From positions 26,119 through 90,118 of the forward strand of contig CANFCX010000002.1 in NCBI GenBank assembly GCA_947445225.1: a stretch of 64,000 bases of DNA, in the 5' to 3' direction. Under the pieces are notes generated by a model. The model had not been told where the DNA came from. It saw only the letters and a list, made by a program, of their open reading frames with translations, and did not search any database. The DNA is from Rhodospirillales bacterium (lineage in GTDB: Bacteria; Pseudomonadota; Alphaproteobacteria; CACIAM-22H2). This document shows positions 49,274 through 58,809 of the stretch, piece by piece. A program made the translations under genes and the position numbers. The first letter of the stretch is position 1. Each line of letters begins with the position of its first letter.

Positions 49274-50955
49274 CCGCGCAAATCGCCCGACCCGCCGTCC
49301 CCGCCGCCACGTTTGTCGACATTGAAGACGGCTACGGTTGGCGGCGGACGCGCCATGGCACGATGGTGCTGTGGACCAAGGGCTACGTCCATGGGCAGTC
49401 GGCGGAATCTCTGGCGCGCGCTTTTTCCGATGCCGGCGCGGACAAACTCGAATCCGTCTTGCTCTCGCTCCACGGCCATTTTGCTCTTGTCGCCGAGACG
49501 CCGGAGTGGGCCTTGGCCGCCGTCGATCGGGTTCGCAGCATTCCGCTGTTCGTGACGGAAGGTTCCAACGGCCCGATCGTCGGTGACAATGCCTTGCGCT
49601 TGCAGGGAAGACTTCGTCCATCGCCCGAGTTCGTCGATCGCGAAGCGGCCCTGCTTCTGGGAATGTCCGGATACACGCTGGGCGCCAAAACCTTGGACCG
49701 CCGCATCGACCAGGTCGAGCCCGGCCATTTTCTATTCATACGCGGCCAGGCGGTTCCTCATCAGAAGCGCTACCACGCCTGGGTGCCTTGGAAGAGCGGC
49801 GCCGGTACGCCGGCAAAGACGACAGGCCAACTTGCCGACGTAACGCTCGGCGTGTTGGAGCGGATGGCCGCCTCGGTGGGCGACCGCCCAATTGTGGTGC
49901 CGCTCAGCGCGGGGTTGGATTCGCGCCTGGTCGTTTCCGGCCTCCATCGACTCGGTGTTCGGGACGTGCGGTGTTTTTCCTACGGACTCCCCGGAAATTA
50001 CGAGGCCGAAGCGGGGCGGAGCATCGCCGACCGGCTGGGCTATCCGTGGACATTCATTCACCTCGACCCGAAAATCCAGCGTGAGGTCTTCGCCTCGGCC
50101 GACAACCAGGCCTATGTCCGTTTTGCCGACACCCTGGCCGCGGTTCCATTCCAGCAGGATTTCCACGCCGTACGCAGCCTCCGCGATTCCGGCTGGCTGC
50201 CGAAGGACGCGGTGCTGGTTAATGGCCAGACTGGCGATTTCATTGCCGGCAATCATATCCCCGTGGCGCTGCGGCGGGCGCGATCCGAACTCGACGCCGA
50301 TTCTCGCTGGCGCCTTATTATCGACGGGCTCGTCGCCAAACATTACAGCCTGTGGGGGTTTCTCAAGACGCGGGAGAATTTGGCTCTGGTCGAAGGGCGC
50401 CTGCGCGAGGACATCGCCGCGGCCGGCGGCGCTCTTGGCGATCCCCAGACCGACCACGGGCTTTTCGAGGTGTCGGAATTCCGCAATCGCCAGTGCAAAT
50501 ACGTGATTGGCGGCCAACGCATTTACGAATACCTGGGTTTCGATTGGCGGCTGCCGTTGTGGGACAACGACTATTTGGACTTTTGGGCGGAGGCTCCACT
50601 CGCGGCCAAGGCGGGGCAGTCGCTCTACCGCCGCATGCTCGAAGAACAGAATTGGGGCGGCGTCTGGCAGGGCTGGACCTTTCCGCGGCGTGTCTCACCA
50701 GCTTGGCTCGCGCCGATGCGCCTGGCCGCCAAGGCCGCGTTCTTGCCGCTGGGACGCAAGCGATGGCATCGATTCGAACGCGCGCACTTCGCTTATTGGA
50801 TGGACGTCGTCGCCAATTACGCGATTGCACCCTATGCCCGCGTGCGACGGGATCGCCGCGATCACCGCAACGCTATTTCCTGGCATGTCGAAGCCTATTT
50901 GGCCGCCAAGGGCCTCGGCCTCGACGGACGGGAGATCGAGGCCGAATGCGCGTGA
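49270..50955 (+). CDS. Asparagine synthase-related ligase lacking the N-terminal Cys
   Basis: VDRVRSIPLF, PLSAGLDSR, NGQTGDFIAG, RLPLWD. No MCG start. Confidence 0.75.
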   Translation: MTAQIARPAVPAATFVDIEDGYGWRRTRHGTMVLWTKGYVHGQSAESLARAFSDAGADKLESVLLSLHGHFALVAETPEWALAAVDRVRSIPLFVTEGSNGPIVGDNALRLQGRLRPSPEFVDREAALLLGMSGYTLGAKTLDRRIDQVEPGHFLFIRGQAVPHQKRYHAWVPWKSGAGTPAKTTGQLADVTLGVLERMAASVGDRPIVVPLSAGLDSRLVVSGLHRLGVRDVRCFSYGLPGNYEAEAGRSIADRLGYPWTFIHLDPKIQREVFASADNQAYVRFADTLAAVPFQQDFHAVRSLRDSGWLPKDAVLVNGQTGDFIAGNHIPVALRRARSELDADSRWRLIIDGLVAKHYSLWGFLKTRENLALVEGRLREDIAAAGGALGDPQTDHGLFEVSEFRNRQCKYVIGGQRIYEYLGFDWRLPLWDNDYLDFWAEAPLAAKAGQSLYRRMLEEQNWGGVWQGWTFPRRVSPAWLAPMRLAAKAAFLPLGRKRWHRFERAHFAYWMDVVANYAIAPYARVRRDRRDHRNAISWHVEAYLAAKGLGLDGREIEAECA

Positions 50956-52214
50956 TGGTCGTCTCCCGGCTGTTCTCCGGCTTCTCCGATTCACTAACGA
51001 CGGGCACCTGGCGGCCGAAGGGCCAGCCGGCGATCTATAAGCTGCTGGAAGCCCTCGCCGCCGCGCCCGACATCGACCTGATCTCCGTCTTCGGTTGTAA
51101 GGACGAAACCGCGGGAAAACGATTCGCCGGGCGGCGATGGGCCAATGTCGATCGCCTGGGTGTCTGCGCCATCCTGCCCTATCGGCGGCGCCGCGGGCTC
51201 GCCGCGGTGGGGCTGGACACGGCGTGGCGCGAAATCACCCATGCCGCGCGTTGTCTGTGGCTCTACCTACGCCACCGTCCCGACGTCATCTATTTCACCA
51301 ATGCCAATTTCGCCATTGCCGCGCTTTTCGCGCGCCTTGGATTGGGCCGCGTCATCCTGCGGTTCATGGGCATGTTTCCAGCGGAGCAGGCATTGGCGCT
51401 ATCCCGCGGCGGTTTCGTTCGCTGGCTCTATGCTGCACCCTTCGACCACGTCGTCTGCACGCAGGAAGGCAGCGGCGCCGAATGGTACCTGCCGCGTTTG
51501 CTGCGGCCCTCGGTCCCGCTCTCGATTCTCCTGAACGGTGTGGACCGGGACCGGCCAAGCCCGGAACAGGTCGAGACACTACGCGCCAGCCTTGGGCTGA
51601 CGCGGCGACCGACAATCCTTTTTGTCGGCCGTCTGGAGACCATGAAGGGTTGCGTGGAATTTCTCGATGCGGCGCTCCTTGTCCTCAAGGAGCGGCCGGG
51701 TGCCGGCCAGTTCGTGATCGCCGGTTCGGGCAGCCTCAAGGACACGCTGCTTCGGCGTCTTGAGGATGCCGGCCGCCCCGGCGATATCCATCTTCTAGAC
51801 GGCCTGCCGCATGACTCGATGCCCGCCGTCTACGCGACCTGCGATATCTATGTCTCGCTCAACAAACATGGCAATTTGAGCAACGCCAATCTGGAGGCGC
51901 TCGCAGCCGGCAAATGTCTGGTCGTGCTGGAGGGCGATCCGGCGGCCCATATCGATCAGATCACGGAGTCGCTGCTACCCCGGGAATGCGCAAGGCGCGT
52001 TTCTCGCGCCGACATATCCCGAAATCTCGCCGACACACTCATCACATTGCTCGACCGCCCCGAACAGGCCGCCGCCCACGCCGCCGCCGCGCGGCGGCTC
52101 GCCGATAAGATCTTGATCGGCTGGGACGAGCGTGTGAGTCAGGAAATTTCCATCATTCTCGGTTCCTTCAACACAAAGGCTTCATGTACGTCATCGGCAT
52201 CAGTTCCGGCCTGA
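50946..52214 (+). CDS. Glycosyltransferase family 4
   Basis: LLNGVD, FVGRLETMKG, NANLEALAAG. Confidence 0.85.
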   Translation: MRVMVVSRLFSGFSDSLTTGTWRPKGQPAIYKLLEALAAAPDIDLISVFGCKDETAGKRFAGRRWANVDRLGVCAILPYRRRRGLAAVGLDTAWREITHAARCLWLYLRHRPDVIYFTNANFAIAALFARLGLGRVILRFMGMFPAEQALALSRGGFVRWLYAAPFDHVVCTQEGSGAEWYLPRLLRPSVPLSILLNGVDRDRPSPEQVETLRASLGLTRRPTILFVGRLETMKGCVEFLDAALLVLKERPGAGQFVIAGSGSLKDTLLRRLEDAGRPGDIHLLDGLPHDSMPAVYATCDIYVSLNKHGNLSNANLEALAAGKCLVVLEGDPAAHIDQITESLLPRECARRVSRADISRNLADTLITLLDRPEQAAAHAAAARRLADKILIGWDERVSQEISIILGSFNTKASCTSSASVPA

Positions 52215-53830
52215 AACACGGTCACCACGACGGCGGCGCCGTGCTCCTGCGAGACGGCGAGTTAATCGCGGCCAGCGAGGAGGAGCGGTTCACGCTCGCC
52301 AAACACGCTCGCGGGGAGCTGCCGCGCGGCGCCATCCGCTTCTGCCTCAAGAAGGCCGGCATCACGATGCGCGAGGTCGATTGGGTGTGTTCGCCGCTCA
52401 AATCATATCCGCACTATGCCCAGCGTCTGACCGATTATTTCGCCTTCAATTTCGGCCACAGCCCGAAAATTGAACTCTACGACCACCACCTCTGCCACGC
52501 GGCCAGCACCTATTACGGCTCCGGCTTCGACGAAGCCGGTGTCTTGTGCGTCGATTTCTCGGGGGATTCGAGTTCGGGCCTCGCCATCCATGGCCGGGGA
52601 ACGACGATGTCCGAGGTTGTCCGCTTCGAACGCCACAACAGCCTCGGCCTGTTCTATGGGATGTTGACGCAATACCTTGGGTTCTCCATGACCCATGACG
52701 AATACAAGGTCATGGGTCTTGCCTCCTACGGCACGCCGCGATTCCTGGAAGCCTTCGACCGCATCCTCCGTCCCGAAGGCTTCGGCTTCGTACTCGAGCG
52801 TGGCTATGACAAGCGGCTGCGCGATGCGCCGATATACACGACGGATTTTTCGACGCGACAGGAACGCATATTCACCGAATTGCTCGAAGAGGTTCTTGGG
52901 CCCCGCCGTATGCCCGGCGAAAAACTCGACGACCGCTTCCGCGATATCGCCGCGAGCGGTCAAAAGCGATTGGAGGAAATCGGCGTTCATCTCGCCCGCA
53001 CGCTGGTCCAACGCACGGGCTGTACCGATCTGTGCCTGGCCGGCGGCGTCGCCCTGAACTGCAAGATGAACATGGAGATTTGGCGGGAGGCTGGAATCCG
53101 CCGCCTCTATGTCCCGCCGGTCCCGCATGATGCCGGGGTCGCTTTGGGCGCGGCCATGCTGAAGAGCGTTGAACATGGGCATCCCATCGCGCCGCTCACC
53201 CATGCCTATTGGGGACCGGAGTATTCACCGGACGAAATCCGCCGGACGCTAGTTCAGGTCGGCGCGCGTTTTTCCGAGTGCCGCGACCCGACCGAAGCCG
53301 CCGCCGCCGATTTGCTCGCGCAACGGACCGTGGGCTGGTTTCAGGGACGCATGGAATTCGGTCCGCGCGCCCTCGGCAACCGATCCATCCTCGCCGACCC
53401 ACGCAGCACGGCGATGAAAGATCGCATCAACGCCACCATCAAATACCGTGAGGAATTCCGGCCCTTTTGCCCGTCGGTTCTTCCGGCCGCGCAGTCCGAC
53501 TATTTCGAGAACAGCTTTGACGCGCCGTTCATGGTCGTAACCTTTCCGGCACGGCCAGGGACCGCGGACATCTTGCCCGCCGTCACCCATGTCGACAACA
53601 CCGCGCGCATTCAAAGTGTCAGCGCCCAACACAATCCGCTGTTCCATCGCCTGATCGAGACGTTCGCCGAGCAGGGCGGCGTTCCGGTGGTCCTTAACAC
53701 CAGCCTCAACATCAATGAACAGCCGACGGTCAACGCCCCGCTCGAAGCGCTGCACACCTATTTCTGCAGTGGCCTTGACGTGCTCTACCTCGGCCCATTC
53801 CGTTTGGAGAAAATCCGCGATGAAGCCTGA
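52184..53830 (+). CDS. O-carbamoyltransferase (NodU/CmcH family)
   Basis: HD, EEERF, HHLCHA, EYKVMGLASYG, AGGVALN, EFGPRALGNRS, RPF, NTSLN. Confidence 0.92.
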   Translation: MYVIGISSGLKHGHHDGGAVLLRDGELIAASEEERFTLAKHARGELPRGAIRFCLKKAGITMREVDWVCSPLKSYPHYAQRLTDYFAFNFGHSPKIELYDHHLCHAASTYYGSGFDEAGVLCVDFSGDSSSGLAIHGRGTTMSEVVRFERHNSLGLFYGMLTQYLGFSMTHDEYKVMGLASYGTPRFLEAFDRILRPEGFGFVLERGYDKRLRDAPIYTTDFSTRQERIFTELLEEVLGPRRMPGEKLDDRFRDIAASGQKRLEEIGVHLARTLVQRTGCTDLCLAGGVALNCKMNMEIWREAGIRRLYVPPVPHDAGVALGAAMLKSVEHGHPIAPLTHAYWGPEYSPDEIRRTLVQVGARFSECRDPTEAAAADLLAQRTVGWFQGRMEFGPRALGNRSILADPRSTAMKDRINATIKYREEFRPFCPSVLPAAQSDYFENSFDAPFMVVTFPARPGTADILPAVTHVDNTARIQSVSAQHNPLFHRLIETFAEQGGVPVVLNTSLNINEQPTVNAPLEALHTYFCSGLDVLYLGPFRLEKIRDEA

Positions 53831-54866
53831 TACCGACCGGAGCGGCCGTTATCAGCCGCGCATCGACCTGAACGGCGCCACCGTCCTGATCACCGGCGGG
53901 AGCGGATCGTTCGGCCGGCATTTTGTGCGCGCCGTGCTCAAACATTGGCGGCCCGAGCGCCTCATCGTCTTTTCCCGCGACGAGATGAAACAATACGAAA
54001 TGCAGGGCGATCCAACGATCGGCGCGGGCGACCCGATGCGTTATTTCATCGGCGATGTCCGCGATTCCGATCGCCTGGAGATGGCCATGCGCGGGGTCGA
54101 CTACGTCATCCACGCCGCCGCGCTGAAACAGGTGCCGACGGCCGAATACAATCCCTTCGAGTGCATCCGCACCAACGTCTTGGGCGCGGAGAACGTGGTG
54201 AAGGCGGCACTCCGCACCGGCGTGAAGCGGGTCGTGGCGCTTTCCACCGACAAGGCGGTCAACCCGATCAATTTGTACGGGGCGAGCAAACTCGCCTCCG
54301 ACAAGATTTTCGTCGCGGCCAACCATTTGAGCGGCCGGGCCGGCGCGCATTTTTGCGTCGTGCGTTACGGCAATGTGCTGGGGTCTCGGGGCAGCGTCGT
54401 CCCCCTGTTCCGGACTCTCGCGGCCACGGGCGCCGGAGACGTGCCGATCACCGACCCCCGCATGACGCGGTTTTGGATCACGCTCGACCAGGGGGTTGAT
54501 TTCGTTCTGTCCGCCCTCGCCGCGATGCAGGCCGGGGAAATCTTCGTGCCCAAAATCCCCAGCGTCCTCATCACAGACCTGGCCGAAGCGATGCTTCCCG
54601 GCCGCGTTCAACGAACCGTCGGCATTCGTCCGGGCGAGAAGCTGCACGAAGTCATGGTCACCGAGGACGATGCCCGCACGACCGTCGAACTCGAAGACCG
54701 CTTTGTTATCGAACCTTCACTCAAGTTCTGGCGGTCCGAATCATTGGCCGATCGCGGCGCCAAGCGGGTTGCCGAGGGTTTTCGATACGCCAGCGACACC
54801 AACCCCGAGTGGCTCGACGCGGTTTCGCTCCGCCGCGTTCTCATCGAAAATGGACTGCTTGCCTAA
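53820..54866 (+). CDS. pseB: UDP-GlcNAc 4,6-dehydratase (inverting)
   Basis: TGGSGSFG, FSRDEMKQ, HAAALKQVPTAEYNPFE, STDKA, RYGNV, MTRFWI, GIRPGEKLHE. Confidence 0.9.
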   Translation: MKPDTDRSGRYQPRIDLNGATVLITGGSGSFGRHFVRAVLKHWRPERLIVFSRDEMKQYEMQGDPTIGAGDPMRYFIGDVRDSDRLEMAMRGVDYVIHAAALKQVPTAEYNPFECIRTNVLGAENVVKAALRTGVKRVVALSTDKAVNPINLYGASKLASDKIFVAANHLSGRAGAHFCVVRYGNVLGSRGSVVPLFRTLAATGAGDVPITDPRMTRFWITLDQGVDFVLSALAAMQAGEIFVPKIPSVLITDLAEAMLPGRVQRTVGIRPGEKLHEVMVTEDDARTTVELEDRFVIEPSLKFWRSESLADRGAKRVAEGFRYASDTNPEWLDAVSLRRVLIENGLLA

Positions 54867-54868
54867 CC

Positions 54869-55708
54869 ATGCGCCCGACATTGGTCACGGGCGTCACCGG
54901 CCTGCTTGGCCCCTATCTGATCGAGACGATGACAAGCCGGGGCAAGGTCGTGGGCACCGGTGGACGCGGCGGGGAAATCCCATGCGACCTGACCGATGCC
55001 CGGGCTACGCGTCGGATGGTGGAATCGGTCGATCCCGGCATTGTCATTCATTCGGCCGCGCTCAGCCTGGTCGATGAATGCGAAGGGAACCCGGCGCGCG
55101 CGGCCGCCCTCAACCGCGACGCGACGCGTAATCTGGTGTCGGCTCTGGCCCCGGATACCAAACTCGTCGCGATCTCGACGGATCAGGTTTATGCGGATAC
55201 GGACGGACCGCATCCCGAGGACAACACCGGCCCCGTCAACACTTATGGCCTCAGCAAGCTCGACAGCGAACGCGAGGCCATGGCGCATCCGGGCGCATTG
55301 ATCGTTCGCACGAATTTCTTCGGCCCGTCGCGCACGCCCGGACGACAGAGCCTTTCGGACTGGATCGCGGCAAATTTGGCTGAACGCCACCCGATCACCC
55401 TGTTTTTGGACTCCCTTTATTCGCCGCTGCAAATGGATACCGTCGCGGCGCTGATCGCCGAGGCCTTGGACAGAAACCTTTCGGGCATTTTCAATTTTGG
55501 CAGCCGCGCGGGGATGTCGAAGCGGGATTTCGGCTTTGCCGTCGCCCGGCGCCTCGGATTGGCGACCGACAGCGCGGCCTCCGGCTACGCACGAGACATT
55601 CCGGGCCGCGCCCGGCGGGCGCGCGACCTGCGCATGGATGTGAGCCGCCTGGAATCGGCTCTCGGACGGCGCCTCCCCACACTTCGAGAAGAGATCGACA
55701 GACTATGA
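54869..55708 (+). CDS. RmlD-like NDP-4-keto-6-deoxyhexose reductase
   Basis: TGVTGLLG, VDECE, ISTDQVY, PVNTYGLSK. Confidence 0.85.
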   Translation: MRPTLVTGVTGLLGPYLIETMTSRGKVVGTGGRGGEIPCDLTDARATRRMVESVDPGIVIHSAALSLVDECEGNPARAAALNRDATRNLVSALAPDTKLVAISTDQVYADTDGPHPEDNTGPVNTYGLSKLDSEREAMAHPGALIVRTNFFGPSRTPGRQSLSDWIAANLAERHPITLFLDSLYSPLQMDTVAALIAEALDRNLSGIFNFGSRAGMSKRDFGFAVARRLGLATDSAASGYARDIPGRARRARDLRMDVSRLESALGRRLPTLREEIDRL

Positions 55709-56775
55709 GCCGGGAATTCACGATAGGCCGCCACCGCGTGGGTGGCCGCAACCCCACCTATTTCATCGCCGACATCGCCGCCAATCACGATGGCGATCTC
55801 GAGCGCGCGAAGCGGCTGATACGGCTGTGCGCGGAAGCCGGCGCCAGCGCCGCGAAGTTCCAGAATTTCAGGGCCGAAACCATCGTTTCCGACTATGGCT
55901 TCAAGGCGCTGGGCGGACAGAAATCGCACCAGGCCAATTGGGCAAAGAGCGTCTTCGATGTTTATGCCGATGCGTCCTTGCCGGTGGCGTGGACCGAGAC
56001 GTTGAAGGCCACCTGCAACGCGGCCGGAATCGATTATTTCACCGCGCCCTACGACCTCGACCTGATCGACCGACTCGGGCCCCATGTCTGCGCCTGGAAA
56101 CTGGGCTCTGGCGACGTGACCTGGCACGAATCGATCGAGCGCATGGCGAAGGACGGCAAACCCCTCATTATCGCCACCGGCGCCTCGACCATGCCCGAGG
56201 TCCGCGCCGCGATGGCGGCCGCCCGAAAATATTGCAACGACATCGTGCTGATGCAATGCAACACCAACTACACGGCGTCGCTTGAGAATTTCCAGCACGC
56301 CAACCTGAAGGTCCTCACGGCCTTCGCGGCCGAATTTCCGGACGTCATCCTCGGTCTTTCCGATCATACGCCCGGTCACGCTACGGTGCTCGGCGCCGTC
56401 GCCCTCGGGGCGAGGGCCATCGAGAAACACTTCACCGACGATTGCGAACGCACGGGTCCCGATCACAAATTTTCGATGGATCCTCGCACCTGGCGCGAGA
56501 TGGTGGATCGCACGCGCGAACTGGAAGCCGCACTCGGCGATGGGATCAAGAAGGTCGAAGACAACGAAGCCGAAACCGTGGTCCTGCAACGCCGCGCCAT
56601 TCGGGCGGCACGGGCGATCCCACGCGGTCGCAAGATCGGGGCGACCGATCTCGTCGTGCTGCGTCCGTGCCCGGCGGACGGGTTACCCCCGTACCGAAAG
56701 GCCGAACTGATCGGCCGCGTCGCCCGTCGCGCCATCGAGGCCGGCGATTGCGTGCGGCTGGCCGACGTCGAATGA
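55705..56775 (+). CDS. NeuB/PseI-family nonulosonic acid synthase (paralog 2)
   Basis: ADIAANHDG, AAKFQ, KLGSGD, GLSDHT, IEKHFT, GPDH, SAF domain. Confidence 0.9.
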   Translation: MSREFTIGRHRVGGRNPTYFIADIAANHDGDLERAKRLIRLCAEAGASAAKFQNFRAETIVSDYGFKALGGQKSHQANWAKSVFDVYADASLPVAWTETLKATCNAAGIDYFTAPYDLDLIDRLGPHVCAWKLGSGDVTWHESIERMAKDGKPLIIATGASTMPEVRAAMAAARKYCNDIVLMQCNTNYTASLENFQHANLKVLTAFAAEFPDVILGLSDHTPGHATVLGAVALGARAIEKHFTDDCERTGPDHKFSMDPRTWREMVDRTRELEAALGDGIKKVEDNEAETVVLQRRAIRAARAIPRGRKIGATDLVVLRPCPADGLPPYRKAELIGRVARRAIEAGDCVRLADVE

Positions 56776-57428
56776 AAGCCGGGATCGTCATCCCCGCGCT
56801 GAACGAGGAAAAAACCATCGTCGAAGTCGTGCGCAGCGTCCGCCCCTATGGCGAGGTGATCGTCGTCGATGACGGCTCCAGCGACGCCACGGCGGCGCTG
56901 GCCGAGACGGCGGGCGCCATTGTCGTCCGGCACGCGGCCAATCGCGGCTATGACGGCGCGCTCGCCAGCGGCTTCGCGCGGGCGGCGTCCTTGAACTTCG
57001 ATGCGGCCTTGTCTTTCGACGCGGACGGGCAACACGATCCCACCGTGATCGCGCGTATGTTGACCCCAATCGCCGCCGGGCAAGCGGATCTGGTGCTCGG
57101 AGCACGGCCGCACCCCGCCCGACCCTCCGAATGGCTGTTCGATCTTTATGCGCGCACCCGATTCGGCGTTCCCGACATCTTGTGCGGCCTCAAGGCATTT
57201 TCGGCATCGGTCTATCGCGCCCATGGCGCGGCGGCGGAAAGGCGATCGATCAATACGGCCATGGCTCTGGCCGCGATCCGCGCGGGCCGCCGTTGGGCAA
57301 ACGTCGCCGTACCGATCCGGCCGCGCGACGGACAACCCCGATTCGGCTCGGCCCTGCGGGCGAACTGGCGGATCGTCAAGGCGCTAGGCGGCGCCGTCGC
57401 CGATGATTTCGGCGGCAGGCCGGCATGA
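56772..57428 (+). CDS. GT2 glycosyltransferase (DPM/DPG-synthase-like)
   Basis: IPALNEE, VVDDGSSD, NRGY, FDADGQHDP. Confidence 0.85.
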   Translation: MKAGIVIPALNEEKTIVEVVRSVRPYGEVIVVDDGSSDATAALAETAGAIVVRHAANRGYDGALASGFARAASLNFDAALSFDADGQHDPTVIARMLTPIAAGQADLVLGARPHPARPSEWLFDLYARTRFGVPDILCGLKAFSASVYRAHGAAAERRSINTAMALAAIRAGRRWANVAVPIRPRDGQPRFGSALRANWRIVKALGGAVADDFGGRPA

Positions 57429-58180
57429 CCAACGTCGTTGCCGTAATCCAGGCGCGGATGACGTCCACGCGTTTGCCGGGGAAGGTTCTCATGCCCTTGG
57501 CCGGCGCCCCGCTTCTGACCCGCATGATCGAGCGCGTGCGCCGCATCCGCGGGCTCGATCGAATCTGCGTCGCCATTCCCGAAGGCGCGGCGCATGACCC
57601 GATTGCCGAACTGGTCCGTGGGTTGGGGGATGTGACGCTGGTGCGCGGCCCGGAGGACGACGTCTTGCGCCGCACGGCGATGGCCGCGACGGCGTGCCGC
57701 GCGGATATCGTCGTTCGGTTGACCTCGGACTGCCCGATGATCGCCCCCGATGTTTGCGCTGTGGTTATCGCGATGCGGCAGGCGACCGGCACGCCCTATG
57801 CGCGAACCGCGTTCGCAAGCGGCTATCCCCTCGGCTTCGATACCGAAGTCGTCCGCGCGGACGCCTTGGCGGAGGCGGATCGGGAAGCCGTGGATCCCTA
57901 TGAGCGCGAACACGTCACACCCTTCCTGTGGCGCCGCCCGGAGCGTTATCCCTGTGTCTTCCTCGATCGCCGCCCAACGCGGCGCGATTGGCGGCTGGTG
58001 GTCGACACCGCCCAGGATCTGGAACTGGCGAGGAACGTCTTCGACGCTCTCTATTCGACGCGCCCGGCCTTTGGCTTCGCCGACATCGAAGCATTATTCG
58101 CGGCCAGGCCGGAGCTGCTCGACATCAACCGCGCCACGGCGCAAAACCCCTATCGCGGACTTCCGCAGGACGCACCATGA
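57425..58180 (+). CDS. SpsF-like cytidylyltransferase
   Basis: IQARMTSTRLPGKVL, RGPEDDVL, RLTSDCP, REHVTP, RLVVDT. Confidence 0.88.
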   Translation: MTNVVAVIQARMTSTRLPGKVLMPLAGAPLLTRMIERVRRIRGLDRICVAIPEGAAHDPIAELVRGLGDVTLVRGPEDDVLRRTAMAATACRADIVVRLTSDCPMIAPDVCAVVIAMRQATGTPYARTAFASGYPLGFDTEVVRADALAEADREAVDPYEREHVTPFLWRRPERYPCVFLDRRPTRRDWRLVVDTAQDLELARNVFDALYSTRPAFGFADIEALFAARPELLDINRATAQNPYRGLPQDAP

Positions 58181-58809
58181 CACTCGGCGAAAAACAACTC
58201 GGCATCTGGCGCGGCGATTTCGGCAACGCGTATATCGAGCGCAACCAGGCAACCGCGGAACGTGTCAGACAGCGCGTCGCGGCTTTTGCTTCGATCCTGC
58301 CCCACCTCGCCGGTGCGCCGGCGGCGTCGATTCTCGAGGTCGGCGCCAATATCGGGCTCAACCTGCGCGCCCTCGCCGGCCTTACCGGAGCCGTGCTCCA
58401 CGCCGTGGAGCCAAACCGCCAAGCCCGCGAGATCTTGATTGCGGAATCCGTCTTGCCGGTCGAGCGCGTTCATGACGCCACGGCGGCGGCGTTGCCGATG
58501 GCGGATGCCTCGTTTGACCTCGTTTTCACCTCGACGGTGTTGATCCATGTACCGGACGAGGCGCTCGCCGCGGCCATGCGGGAGATTCATCGCGTCAGCC
58601 GGCGCTGGATCCTCTGCATGGAGTATTTCTCCCCGGTGGCGCAGACCATCACCTATCGCGGGCATGGCGACCTGCTGTTCAAACGCGACTATGGCGGACT
58701 TTGGCTCGACGGCTTTCCCGACCTTGAATACGTCGCCGATGGATTTTTCTGGAAGCGGACAACCGGGCTGGACGACGTCAATTGGTGGTTGTTTCGGAAA
58801 TCCCATTGA
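58177..58809 (+). CDS. Pseudaminic acid biosynthesis-associated methylase
   Basis: WRGDFGNAYIERN, EVGANIGLNL, VLIH, EYF, YRGH, FKRD. Confidence 0.85.
   Translation: MTLGEKQLGIWRGDFGNAYIERNQATAERVRQRVAAFASILPHLAGAPAASILEVGANIGLNLRALAGLTGAVLHAVEPNRQAREILIAESVLPVERVHDATAAALPMADASFDLVFTSTVLIHVPDEALAAAMREIHRVSRRWILCMEYFSPVAQTITYRGHGDLLFKRDYGGLWLDGFPDLEYVADGFFWKRTTGLDDVNWWLFRKSH

Noticed and set aside
49270-50955. Lasso peptide cyclase
   Set aside because: No precursor peptide, B1/RRE or B2 protease nearby. The gene is flanked by glycosyltransferase-type genes.
34968-53830. DNA hypermodification/defence system or antibiotic cluster (methyltransferases, dioxygenase, carbamoyltransferase, amidotransferases)
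   Set aside because: No nuclease, phage, PKS or NRPS genes. The RfaH, NeuA/NeuB, PseB and GT context points to a surface glycan.
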